Shown one piece after another: positions 1 through 7,807 of a DNA stretch of 37,865 nucleotides. The translations under genes and the position numbers were made by a program. This stretch comes from Desulfobacterium sp. (GTDB lineage Bacteria > Desulfobacterota > Desulfobacteria > Desulfobacterales > SURF-7). The notes beneath the pieces are model-generated. The model saw nothing but the letters and a program-made list of their open reading frames with translations, did no database searches and was not told where the DNA came from. The stretch spans positions 1-37,865 of the forward strand of contig PNOB01000002.1 in the NCBI GenBank assembly GCA_013824585.1, in the 5' to 3' direction. Numbering within the stretch: position 1 is the first letter of the stretch; each line of letters opens with the position of its first letter.

Positions 1-827
1 TTGGAAATCCATTCCAGCGCTCCGCTATCAAGAGAACCATCTTCCGGATCGGTTCCGGTACCGTTAAATGTAATAGACTCCCCTTCAAAAATCGACACAT
101 CTGCAGCTGGAACAATTATGGTTGCCGTGGGCGCTGTATTACCGATTGTTATTGTGACAGATGCGACACCCATGGTATCCGCACTGTCAATGGCTTGAAG
201 CTGAATGATATGACTGCCTGCTGACAGGGTGTTAGCCGAGAAGGCATTTCCAATTCCAATCTGGCCATCCAGATTGGAATTCCAGATCAATGAAAAATCT
301 TTGAGAGATCCGTCTTCCGGATCGGTTCCTGAACCACTGAAGGTTATGTAATCTCCTTGGCTGAAACTGCTCGCAGTAACCGGAGAAGCAATCGTGGCCG
401 TCGGAATCGTGTTGCCTATTGGGTTCACAATTACATTTATGGCCGTACTGCCGGTTCCACCACTGGTATCCGTCACAGTGAGAGTGATCACATGGGTACC
501 GTTTGATAGGGAAACATTCCGTATGGACGTACCGATGCCAAGCATGCCATCCTTGCTCGAATGCCATTCCAAGGCTCCTCCGGTCAGTGTTCCGTTTTCT
601 GAATCGGTTCCGGACCCGGAAAAAGTAACTTTATCATTTTCACTGAATGCTGCATTATCTTCCGGAGTCCTGATCGTTGCTGTGGGTAATGTGTTGAGTC
701 CCTGTGGTGTGATGGGTTCCTCCATTTCATCGCCACTAGTACCGATAATGCTGACCAGTCCGATTATGATTGCTGACCCCAACAGGAAACTGCGAAAAAC
801 AGTATAGACAATTTTTTTGATTTTCAT
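1..827 (-). CDS. Secreted protein with tandem ~91-94 aa Ig/PKD-like repeats (partial; C-terminus lies beyond window start)
   Basis: Absent from the supplied ORF track because it has no in-window stop. Manual minus-strand translation from ATG at 827-825 (AGGAG about 11 nt upstream) stays open to position 1. It starts MKIKKIVYTVFRSFLLGSAIIIGLVSIIGTSGDE (signal-peptide-like). About 2.5 repeats follow, each with PTATI...(V/I)TF(S/N)G(S/T)GTD(S/P)E(N/D)G(T/S)L...W.S..DG..GIG...LS.G.H.I.L...D. Track ORFs 232..567(-) and 394..807(+) are off-frame shadows of this gene. Confidence 0.7.
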   Translation of the reverse strand, partial: MKIKKIVYTVFRSFLLGSAIIIGLVSIIGTSGDEMEEPITPQGLNTLPTATIRTPEDNAAFSENDKVTFSGSGTDSENGTLTGGALEWHSSKDGMLGIGTSIRNVSLSNGTHVITLTVTDTSGGTGSTAINVIVNPIGNTIPTATIASPVTASSFSQGDYITFSGSGTDPEDGSLKDFSLIWNSNLDGQIGIGNAFSANTLSAGSHIIQLQAIDSADTMGVASVTITIGNTAPTATIIVPAADVSIFEGESITFNGTGTDPEDGSLDSGALEWIS

Positions 828-885
828 GATTTTGAAAACTCCTGTGTCTGTGTTTTAAGCGCACAAAAATCAAGATGAAGAATAG

Positions 886-1557
886 CTACTCTTCGGCAAG
901 GGCTGACCCTGCCAGAGATCCTGCAGTTGCGCCAATGGCCATGGCACCGGGAGTTCCGCCCAAAGCATCAAGAGTGACGGAGCTCTGACCGAGTGCCGTT
1001 CCAGTAGCTGATCCTGCTGCTGCTCCGGCAGTACCACCACCCAGTGAACCCAAAAGACCTCGTGAAAAAATTGAACCATCGTAAAACTTGAACTCTCGAG
1101 GCGCCATATATATTTTTACAGTTGCATTTGCCACTCCGTCTTTAAAACTGACAAAATTCACCTGTGCTCCGCGGAGATAAGCGTTCGTTTCACTTGTTAC
1201 CTGGTCAACAGAAATGTTGTTATAACCCGCAGCAGAATAGGCATTGATGATCATCCCGGCCACTCGTTCTGAAATTTTTCGATACCCGTCGATTACAGCG
1301 GCTCTTTCGGCCATCAATTTTTTCTGCTGGGGTGACCCGGTTTCAGGCTCGATTCCCTGTCCCCGGACACTGATCAAAATCTTTTGCGAAGCTTCTTCCG
1401 GTTCCAGTCCTGGAATCAGATTTAACGCACTGTTGTTCATCGTGGTTTGATATTTTATAATTTCATGGTTGCTTGAACATCCAGTAAAAAACAGGAGTAA
1501 GGGTACCATAAAAACAAACATCCATTTACGTTTTGATACACCACATTCCATTTGCAT
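886..1557 (-). CDS. LPP20/FlgP-like outer-membrane lipoprotein with Gly/Ala/Ser-rich C-terminal tail
   Basis: 223 aa. AAGGAG sits 7 nt upstream of the ATG at 1557. Lipobox LLLFFTGC. The core (VRGQGIEPETGSPQQKKLMAERAAVIDGYRKISERVAGMII...YLRGAQV...DGVANATVKIY) resembles the LPP20/FlgP family pattern. C-terminal ~55 aa is glycine-zipper-like (GSLGGGTAGAAAGSATGTALG...GAMAIGATAGSLAGSA). A sigma-54 promoter lies upstream. Confidence 0.6.
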   Translation of the reverse strand: MQMECGVSKRKWMFVFMVPLLLFFTGCSSNHEIIKYQTTMNNSALNLIPGLEPEEASQKILISVRGQGIEPETGSPQQKKLMAERAAVIDGYRKISERVAGMIINAYSAAGYNNISVDQVTSETNAYLRGAQVNFVSFKDGVANATVKIYMAPREFKFYDGSIFSRGLLGSLGGGTAGAAAGSATGTALGQSSVTLDALGGTPGAMAIGATAGSLAGSALAEE

Positions 1558-1620
1558 AGTCTGTTCTCCTTAAGAGATACGGGTGATCCTTCAGTCAAAT
1601 CAGGGCTTACAGCAAAGGTT

Positions 1621-1636
1621 AGCAAAGGCTGTGCCA
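1621..1636 (-). promoter_or_regulatory. Sigma-54 (-24/-12) promoter for the FlgP-like lipoprotein gene
   Basis: Minus strand reads TGGCACAGCCTTTGCT, against consensus TGGCACG-N4-TTGCW, with exact GG/GC spacing. It lies about 65-80 nt upstream of the ATG at 1557. Confidence 0.7.
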
Positions 1637-1763
1637 TACCGAATAACATCAATTTTTAATATTATTTTAATTTGTTATATAAATTGCCCCGAATAATCGT
1701 CCTTTCAGAATGCGGAAATTCATTCCAGGAACAGCAAGATTTTCCGGGATAGCATGATCATCC

Positions 1764-1906
1764 GAGCCAATTTCAAAAGTCTGTTGTTGTAGTTCCGGCG
1801 AAAGCCGGACACGCAGTGGAGCGTAGCGCTATCCAGTATTTTCAGTTCTTTTCTGGAAATCGGCTTTCGCCGGTGTGATGGTTTTTAATCGTTTTGAAAT
1901 TGGCTC
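1764..1906. repeat. 143-bp element bounded by perfect 15-bp inverted repeats, with a nested 13-bp inverted repeat (MITE-like, or mirrored upstream activator sites)
   Basis: Outer arms: GAGCCAATTTCAAAA (1764-1778) and TTTTGAAATTGGCTC (1892-1906). Inner arms: CCGGCGAAAGCCG (1795-1807) and CGGCTTTCGCCGG (1861-1873); each can also fold as a CCGGC-tetraloop-GCCGG hairpin. ATCC directly flanks both ends (1760-1763 and 1907-1910). Sequence between the blocks is not complementary. Confidence 0.6.
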
Positions 1907-2086
1907 ATCCAATGTATCGGGCCAGCTACCAGCAAAGAAAATTGAATTTCTAGTTTCGTCATTATCTTGACATTACACAAACAGGATTGACATGATTCCT
2001 CCTGCCCATGGATTAAAATCTTTCCCAGAGTATAACAACTGACTGAAAATGAATGACTTTTATACTTGCAACAAGCTGCGTGGGCT

Positions 2087-2102
2087 TGGCATGGAGATTG
2101 CT
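2087..2102 (+). promoter_or_regulatory. Sigma-54 (-24/-12) promoter upstream of motA
   Basis: TGGCATGGAGATTGCT has exact -24 GG / -12 GC spacing. It lies about 90 nt upstream of the motA ATG (2191) and is divergent from the sigma-54 promoter at 1621-1636. Confidence 0.65.
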
Positions 2103-2190
2103 TTTTGGTGATAGACAATAGACATCGATCATGAAACAATTTTATTAACCTGCATATGAACTTCCCAAACATAATCGTAAGAGAAAAAAA

Positions 2191-2955
2191 ATGGATATTG
2201 CAACACTGCTCGGAACCATCTCCGCATTTGGTCTGGTAATCCTGGCTATTTATATGGGCGGTGGTATCTTACTGTTCATCGATGCACCTTCACTCATGAT
2301 CGTAGTTGGAGGAACATTAGGGGCAACAATGATCAACTATCCGATCCGGGATGTCCTCGGTGCTTTAGGAGTGGTAAAAAACGTCTTTTTCACAAACCCG
2401 CTGCCCATTGGAGAGGTTGCTGGAAAATTTGTAACCTTTGCCGGAAAAGCCAGACGGGAAGGAATATTGTCACTGGAATCCGATCTCCAATTCATCCCGG
2501 ATGATTTCTTTAAAAAAGGGTTGCAGCTTTCTGTTGATGGAATTGAACCACAATCCATACAGGAAATTATGGAAACCGAAATCGATTTTTTGCGTGAGCG
2601 GCATCAGCTTGGAGCCGAAATATTCACAACCATGGGATCATTTGCACCAGCTCTTGGTATGGTCGGCACCCTGATCGGACTGGTTCAGATGCTTCAATCC
2701 ATGGATGATCCAAATTCAATCGGGCCGGCCATGGCAGTAGCCTTATTAACCACGTTCTACGGATCAATACTTGCAAATCTTGTATTTATGCCGGTTGCCG
2801 GCAAATTACGAACCAGAAGCAAAGAAGAAATTCTGATAAAGGAAATGATTGTTCAAGGCGTTATCTCTCTTTCCCGTGGAGACAATCCACGACTGCTTGA
2901 ACAAAAACTGCTTTCATTCTTAGCACCAAAATTCCGAGAAAGTGCATTTAAATAA
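2191..2955 (+). CDS. motA: Flagellar stator protein MotA/PomA
   Basis: 254 aa with the MotA/TolQ/ExbB-type membrane topology. C-terminal channel region: GPAMAVALLTTFYGSILANLVFMPVAGKL. MotB-type genes follow directly. Confidence 0.9.
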   Translation: MDIATLLGTISAFGLVILAIYMGGGILLFIDAPSLMIVVGGTLGATMINYPIRDVLGALGVVKNVFFTNPLPIGEVAGKFVTFAGKARREGILSLESDLQFIPDDFFKKGLQLSVDGIEPQSIQEIMETEIDFLRERHQLGAEIFTTMGSFAPALGMVGTLIGLVQMLQSMDDPNSIGPAMAVALLTTFYGSILANLVFMPVAGKLRTRSKEEILIKEMIVQGVISLSRGDNPRLLEQKLLSFLAPKFRESAFK

Positions 2956-3010
2956 ACGTAAATCTTTCACAATGAATATTGTGACACTATCCCGGACAGG
3001 AAGTCAATAC

Positions 3011-3766
3011 ATGAAATCGAAACAAAAAATGGAAAATAGCCATTCCTTTTCAGATGGTAAACTGCTTCAGTTGATGACGATTTCTCTTTTTATCATTTTG
3101 CTTGTTTTTTTTATTCTGCTGAATTCAATCGCTGTTAGAAATGAAAAAAAAGTGGTTGCTGCCATTGGATCACTTCTCGGGAGTTTTGGTCAAAAAACCG
3201 GTGGATATTCGGATATTGACGGAACCGGTGAAAAAAATCTGATCCTCTCCATAAACACCTACACCGGAGGAATTGACTTCTCCGACATCCTTGTTAACGA
3301 CCCAATGCTTTCGCAACAAATAAAAATTCTTTCTGCCCCGGGAGGCAGTCTTGTCCGGATATCGGCAGACACCTTGTTTACCAATTTTGAAACAACCATC
3401 AACCCTTCCGGGTATCGGTTCCTGGATCGGATCATCAGGGCGATACAGAATAATAATTATCCAGTCGAGATTTCAAGCCATACCGATAACATTCCGATCA
3501 TCAGAAACGAAGAAAAATCAAATCAGGAAGTCTCTGCCATGCGTGCACTCCATATTTTTCAATATGTAACGGAAACCAAAAACATTTCAATTGATCGAAT
3601 CACTGCTTTTGGCTGGGGAGAATACCAGCCCGCTTATTCGAATCGAACACTGGAAACCAGAAAATTGAACAACAGGATCGATATCCTTTTTGTTCACAAA
3701 CCAAAGAAGCAAAAGCCAAAAAGCGGATTTATTTTTAAAGATTTCTTTTTTCGGTCATTTGAGTAA
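3011..3766 (+). CDS. MotB-like stator/OmpA-domain paralog lacking the canonical channel Asp
   Basis: 251 aa from ATG 3011 (GGAAG upstream). The track ORF starts at GTG 2942, overlapping the motA stop, so the start is uncertain. One TM (LLQLMTISLFIILLVFFILL) where Gln sits at the position of the MotB Asp. OmpA-like C-terminus: EISSHTDN...SNQEVSAMRALH...NNRIDILF. Confidence 0.7.
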   Translation: MKSKQKMENSHSFSDGKLLQLMTISLFIILLVFFILLNSIAVRNEKKVVAAIGSLLGSFGQKTGGYSDIDGTGEKNLILSINTYTGGIDFSDILVNDPMLSQQIKILSAPGGSLVRISADTLFTNFETTINPSGYRFLDRIIRAIQNNNYPVEISSHTDNIPIIRNEEKSNQEVSAMRALHIFQYVTETKNISIDRITAFGWGEYQPAYSNRTLETRKLNNRIDILFVHKPKKQKPKSGFIFKDFFFRSFE

Positions 3767-3781
3767 GGAAACACAATAATC

Positions 3782-4528
3782 ATGCCATCATCGAAAACAC
3801 CAAAAAGAATTGACTCTCCAAAAATAAATTCGGATTTATGGATGCTCACCTTTGGTGACCTGGTTATGCTTCTCCTTACCTTTTTTGTTTTGCTTTTGAG
3901 CATGAAATCCATGGACAAAAAAGATCTGAGAGAATTATTTCCAAATCCTTCTCTCTGGGGCGGTCCCCTGAAATATTCGGAAAACGGGTTAACCGGAAAT
4001 ACCACGGATTTTTATGGTGACAATAAAAGCTCAATTTTGGTGGAAAACAAAGATGCCCTGAAACAAATCTTTACGATGATGAAAGAGATTCAAACATCTC
4101 TTCCGGAAAAAGATGTGGTTAATCGTTTTGAAAAATCGATCCTCATTGAGGATGATCCCAAAGGAGTCGTGATATCATTCCAGACAGAACAATTATTCGA
4201 ACCGGGTGAAGCGACCATCAACCCATCCAAAATCGATTTCCTTACTGCTGCAGGAGAATTGTTGAAGAAGACATCAAACAACATTCTGATAATGGGACAT
4301 GCAAGCAGCATTCAACCTCAAAAAGCTGCATTGAAATCAAGTTGGGATCTCTCCCTCTATCGGGCACTGCACGTTCTGTATTATTTAACCGCAAACTTTG
4401 AAATGTTGGAAAATAGACTCGCCGTGGGAGGATTTGGAGATAAAAAACCCAAATTTCCTGTTACGGAAGTAGAGAACCAAAAAACAAATGATCGGATTGA
4501 ATTTATTCTCATGAAAGCAACAGAATGA
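3782..4528 (+). CDS. motB: Flagellar stator protein MotB
   Basis: 248 aa. Canonical WMLTFGDLVMLLLTFFVLLL TM motif with the conserved Asp. OmpA-like C-terminus (SWDLSLYRALHV...NDRIEFIL), but GHASS where OmpA-like domains usually have GHTD. AAGGAA Shine-Dalgarno upstream. Confidence 0.85.
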   Translation: MPSSKTPKRIDSPKINSDLWMLTFGDLVMLLLTFFVLLLSMKSMDKKDLRELFPNPSLWGGPLKYSENGLTGNTTDFYGDNKSSILVENKDALKQIFTMMKEIQTSLPEKDVVNRFEKSILIEDDPKGVVISFQTEQLFEPGEATINPSKIDFLTAAGELLKKTSNNILIMGHASSIQPQKAALKSSWDLSLYRALHVLYYLTANFEMLENRLAVGGFGDKKPKFPVTEVENQKTNDRIEFILMKATE

Positions 4529-4624
4529 ATGGAGACATATTCATAATTTTACAACAGGATGTATCCCGTAAAGCACAATTGCGATAATAATGATATTTGA
4601 TCCGCAGATATTTCCGGAGGAATC

Positions 4625-5134
4625 ATGGCTGAAAAAGAAATCAAGATCGAAGAGAAATCGGGAAAAAAAAGGTTGCCCCCACTGAAATGGATCATTGCGG
4701 GAATTGTCGGGGTGGCAATCCTGTCCGGAGGAATACTCGGCTATGTTTTACTGAAAAAGCCGACACACGAAACTCCTCCAAAAACACCTACCCATGAAAG
4801 TGTCAGCAAGGGCGATACCTCTAAAAACGATTTGTCTCAAACTTTTCCATTGGAAAAATTTGTGGTAAACCTGAATGACCCGGGAGGGAAACAATATCTG
4901 CATATAACCATTGAACTGGAGTCAACAGTCAATGGTTTTGCAGAAGAGCTCAACTCAAAAATGCCTCAAATCAAGGATGCGATCCTGATCATCCTCAGCA
5001 GCAAATCACTTTCAGACGTCCAGGGTATGGAAGGAAAAATAACATTACGAAAAGAGCTGATTATTGAAATCAATAAAATTATGAGTATGACCAAAATCCG
5101 CAATCTATATTTTACGGAATTTGTCATCCAGTAA
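4625..5134 (+). CDS. fliL: Flagellar basal-body-associated protein FliL
   Basis: 169 aa with GGAGG Shine-Dalgarno and a single N-terminal TM. FliL core: FVVNLNDPGGKQYLHITIELE...PQIKDAILIILSS...IRNLYFTEFVIQ. Confidence 0.85.
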   Translation: MAEKEIKIEEKSGKKRLPPLKWIIAGIVGVAILSGGILGYVLLKKPTHETPPKTPTHESVSKGDTSKNDLSQTFPLEKFVVNLNDPGGKQYLHITIELESTVNGFAEELNSKMPQIKDAILIILSSKSLSDVQGMEGKITLRKELIIEINKIMSMTKIRNLYFTEFVIQ

Positions 5135-5225
5135 ACCTGATTCTACTGCTTTGATGAGGAGATTTCATGGAAAATGCTCGAAGATCGAATTGCATTTTGT
5201 ATCGCATAAAGGATTATAAAACCGT

Positions 5226-6203
5226 ATGAGTGAAATCCTATCGCAAGAAGAGGTGGACAGTCTATTATCTGGTTTAAGCGCCGGAAAAATCGAGACTGAA
5301 TCAGATAAAGCCTCGAAGGAGAAGAAAACCGACCTGTATGATTTTGCCAGTCAGGAAAGGGTTATCCGTGGAAGAATGCCTACCTTTGAGGTGATCAACG
5401 AGCGATTTGCCCGTGAAATCAGGACAACCATGTCATCCATGCTTCATAAAACCGTGGATATCAGTGCAGAAGCAATGGAAACAATGAAATTTGCCGATTT
5501 CATCCGATCGCTCCCCGTCCCAACCAGTCTTCACCTTTTCCGGATGGATCCGCTTCGGGGACATGCCCTGATGGTCCTCGAAACCCAACTGGTCTTTAAT
5601 CTGATCGATACTTTCTTCGGAGGAAGGGCAACCGGACAAGCAAAAATTGAAGGCAGAGATTTTACGACCATCGAAGAGACCATGGTAAAAAAAGTTGTAA
5701 TCGCTTGTTTAAAGGACCTTGAAGAAGCCTGGGAACCGGTTGAGCCGATTAAAGCCGTTTTTGTAAAATCAGAGGTGAACCCGCAATTTGCAGCCATTGT
5801 TCTGCCTTCTGATTTGGTTATTGTCACGAAGTTCGAAATCGAACTGGAACAATCTGCCGGAATGTTTATTGTTTGTCTCCCCTATGCCATGCTGGAACCG
5901 CTCCGAAGTACTCTCACTGCAGGATTTCAGGCTGAAACTCTGGATATCGATCATGCCTGGCAGAAACGGTTACGAGAAATCATTCTGGATTCAAAAGTAG
6001 ACGTCAGTGTGCAACTTGGAACCGTCCAGATCAATGGAGAACGGCTTATCCATATGAAGAAAGGGGATATCATTCAGCTAGACCAGGATGCTGACAGCCC
6101 ACTGATCGGAATCGTGGAAGGCTTCCCCAAACTGGAAGGATATGCCGGCATCCAGAGAGGATTTCAGGCATTTCGAGTTGTAAAACAGATACCTTTAGAA
6201 TGA
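5226..6203 (+). CDS. fliM: Flagellar motor switch protein FliM
   Basis: 325 aa. N-terminal MSEILSQEEVDSLL is the CheY-P docking (EIDAL-type) motif. FliM middle domain and C-terminal SpoA-like domain are present. Sits in the fliL-fliM-fliN order. Confidence 0.92.
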   Translation: MSEILSQEEVDSLLSGLSAGKIETESDKASKEKKTDLYDFASQERVIRGRMPTFEVINERFAREIRTTMSSMLHKTVDISAEAMETMKFADFIRSLPVPTSLHLFRMDPLRGHALMVLETQLVFNLIDTFFGGRATGQAKIEGRDFTTIEETMVKKVVIACLKDLEEAWEPVEPIKAVFVKSEVNPQFAAIVLPSDLVIVTKFEIELEQSAGMFIVCLPYAMLEPLRSTLTAGFQAETLDIDHAWQKRLREIILDSKVDVSVQLGTVQINGERLIHMKKGDIIQLDQDADSPLIGIVEGFPKLEGYAGIQRGFQAFRVVKQIPLE

Positions 6204-6210
6204 GGTTAAC

Positions 6211-6543
6211 ATGAAAGAAGAAAACAAAACAACAGCCGCCCAGTCTGAAGACAAGCCGGCTACTGAAAAAGCTTCTGAAAGCACGGATCTCGACTTTATC
6301 CTGGATATTCCGCTTGAACTTTCCGTTGAACTGGGAAAAACCAAAATGCTGATTAATGACCTTCTTCAATTGGGTCAAGGCTCGGTTATCGAACTCAATA
6401 AATTGGCTGGCGAGCCTCTTGAAATTTTCATTAACCGAAAACTTGTTGCCAGAGGAGAGGTCGTGGTTGTCAATGAAAAATTCGGTGTCCGGCTGACCGA
6501 TATTATCAGTCCGCTCGAACGGGTAAGGAGTCTAGGTCAATGA
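6211..6543 (+). CDS. fliN: Flagellar motor switch protein FliN
   Basis: 110 aa. SpoA/FliN domain: LDIPLELSVELGKTKMLINDLLQLGQGSVIELNKLAGEPLEIFINRKLVARGEVVVVNEKFGVRLTDI. Confidence 0.92.
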   Translation: MKEENKTTAAQSEDKPATEKASESTDLDFILDIPLELSVELGKTKMLINDLLQLGQGSVIELNKLAGEPLEIFINRKLVARGEVVVVNEKFGVRLTDIISPLERVRSLGQ

Positions 6544-6944
6544 ATCCAATCGATACTTCCGCACCCACTGCTGTCATGCCTGATCTTTGGATCACCATGC
6601 TGAAAAGCGGTATTATGCTCTGTATCGTTCTTGCCGTTCTTTTCATCGTTCTTTACTGGATCAAGCGAATCCTCGAAGGAAAAAGCCGTTTTCGAGGTCA
6701 AGGAGTCATCAAACAGATTGCCGCTCATCATTTTGCGCCCAAGGAAAAAGTTGTATTGCTGGATGTTCTTGGTCAGAAAATTCTCATTGGAATCACTGCT
6801 CATTCCATCAATTGCCTGGCAACAATTGAACCGGAAGTCGATATCCATTTTTCTGAACCGAATGAAGCCAAGGGATTTTTCAAAGGACTTTTAAAAGCTT
6901 CTACAGAAAAAAATAACACAAAAAAGGAAAAGCATTCGGTGTAA
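6540..6944 (+). CDS. fliO: Flagellar export apparatus protein FliO
   Basis: 134 aa with a single TM (IMLCIVLAVLFIVLYWI). ATGA overlap with the fliN stop. Conserved position between fliN and fliP. Confidence 0.65.
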   Translation: MNPIDTSAPTAVMPDLWITMLKSGIMLCIVLAVLFIVLYWIKRILEGKSRFRGQGVIKQIAAHHFAPKEKVVLLDVLGQKILIGITAHSINCLATIEPEVDIHFSEPNEAKGFFKGLLKASTEKNNTKKEKHSV

Positions 6945-6970
6945 GCAGAATATCCGGAGAATTGAATTTC

Positions 6971-7807
6971 ATGAAAGAAAAGAAAAATACAATCATCAAT
7001 TTGTTTCGATTCCGCATGCATCTCGTGAATCCGCTCAGAAACCGACCCGTTCGATTGATTCTCTTTCTATTGATTACCATTCTGCTCGTGAGTCCTGGTA
7101 TTGGAAGCAGCGCCGGCCTTACGATACCCTCACTGAACCTGAGTGTGGAAAAAACAGATGACCCGGGAAAGGTTGCTGTTGTTCTTGAAATCGTTGCGTT
7201 GTTGACAATCCTTTCGCTAGCACCGGCCATCCTGGTTCTCATGACGTCATTTACAAGAATTGTGATCGTTTTTCACTTTCTCCGTCAGGCGATCGGTACC
7301 CAGCAAAGTCCTCCCAACCAGATTTTAATCGGTCTTTCCCTTTTCCTGACCTTTTTCATCATGACTCCTGTATGGCAAAATATTTATCAAAACGCCCTCC
7401 GTCCATACCTGGAGGAAAAAATGACCTATCAGGAAGCCTTCACCAAAGCACAAGCTCCCTTGCGGAAATTCATGCTGAAAAATACCCGTGAAAAAGACCT
7501 GGCGCTCTTTGTCAAAGCCTCCAAGGTAAAACGCCCTCAGACACCGGATGATCTCTCTTTGCTCACGCTGACACCGGCTTTTGTGATCAGTGAACTGAAA
7601 ACCGCTTTTATTATCGGGTTTGTACTGTATATACCTTTTTTAATAATCGATATGGTTGTGGCTAGCGTTCTCCTGTCCATGGGTATGATGATGCTGCCTC
7701 CGATTATGATATCACTCCCGTTCAAACTGATGCTGTTTGTCCTTGTAGACGGATGGCACATGGTTGTCGGGTCCATGCTGAACAGTTTTGGAATGTTTAT
7801 GATATGA
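6971..7807 (+). CDS. fliP: Flagellar export gate protein FliP
   Basis: Conserved FliP core: LTILSLAPAILVLMTSFTRIVIVFHFLRQAIGTQQSPPNQILIGLSLFLTFFIMTPV. ATG 6971 is preferred over the track start TTG 6962 on GGAGA spacing. Confidence 0.9.
   Translation: MKEKKNTIINLFRFRMHLVNPLRNRPVRLILFLLITILLVSPGIGSSAGLTIPSLNLSVEKTDDPGKVAVVLEIVALLTILSLAPAILVLMTSFTRIVIVFHFLRQAIGTQQSPPNQILIGLSLFLTFFIMTPVWQNIYQNALRPYLEEKMTYQEAFTKAQAPLRKFMLKNTREKDLALFVKASKVKRPQTPDDLSLLTLTPAFVISELKTAFIIGFVLYIPFLIIDMVVASVLLSMGMMMLPPIMISLPFKLMLFVLVDGWHMVVGSMLNSFGMFMI

Noticed and set aside
232-807. Track ORFs 232..567(-) and 394..807(+)
   Set aside because: Both overlap the uninterrupted minus-strand frame 1..827, which has a signal peptide, a Shine-Dalgarno and clear domain repeats. 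Their own products are odd (Cys/His/Trp-rich or Pro/Val-rich).
1611-1628. Duplicated AGCAAAGG (1611-1618 and 1621-1628), considered as a riboswitch or sRNA fragment
   Set aside because: The second copy is the -12 half of the minus-strand sigma-54 promoter. No surrounding conserved riboswitch architecture could be recognised.
1885-2172. 95-aa minus-strand ORF in the flgP-motA intergenic region
   Set aside because: It spans the motA sigma-54 promoter and leader. It has no Shine-Dalgarno, and the Cys/His-rich product has no recognisable features.
7754-7769. Sigma-54-like TGGCACATGGTTGTCG near the end of fliP
   Set aside because: The -12 element reads TGTC rather than TTGC, so the invariant GC is missing. 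The site lies inside coding sequence, 35 nt before the translationally coupled fliQ.
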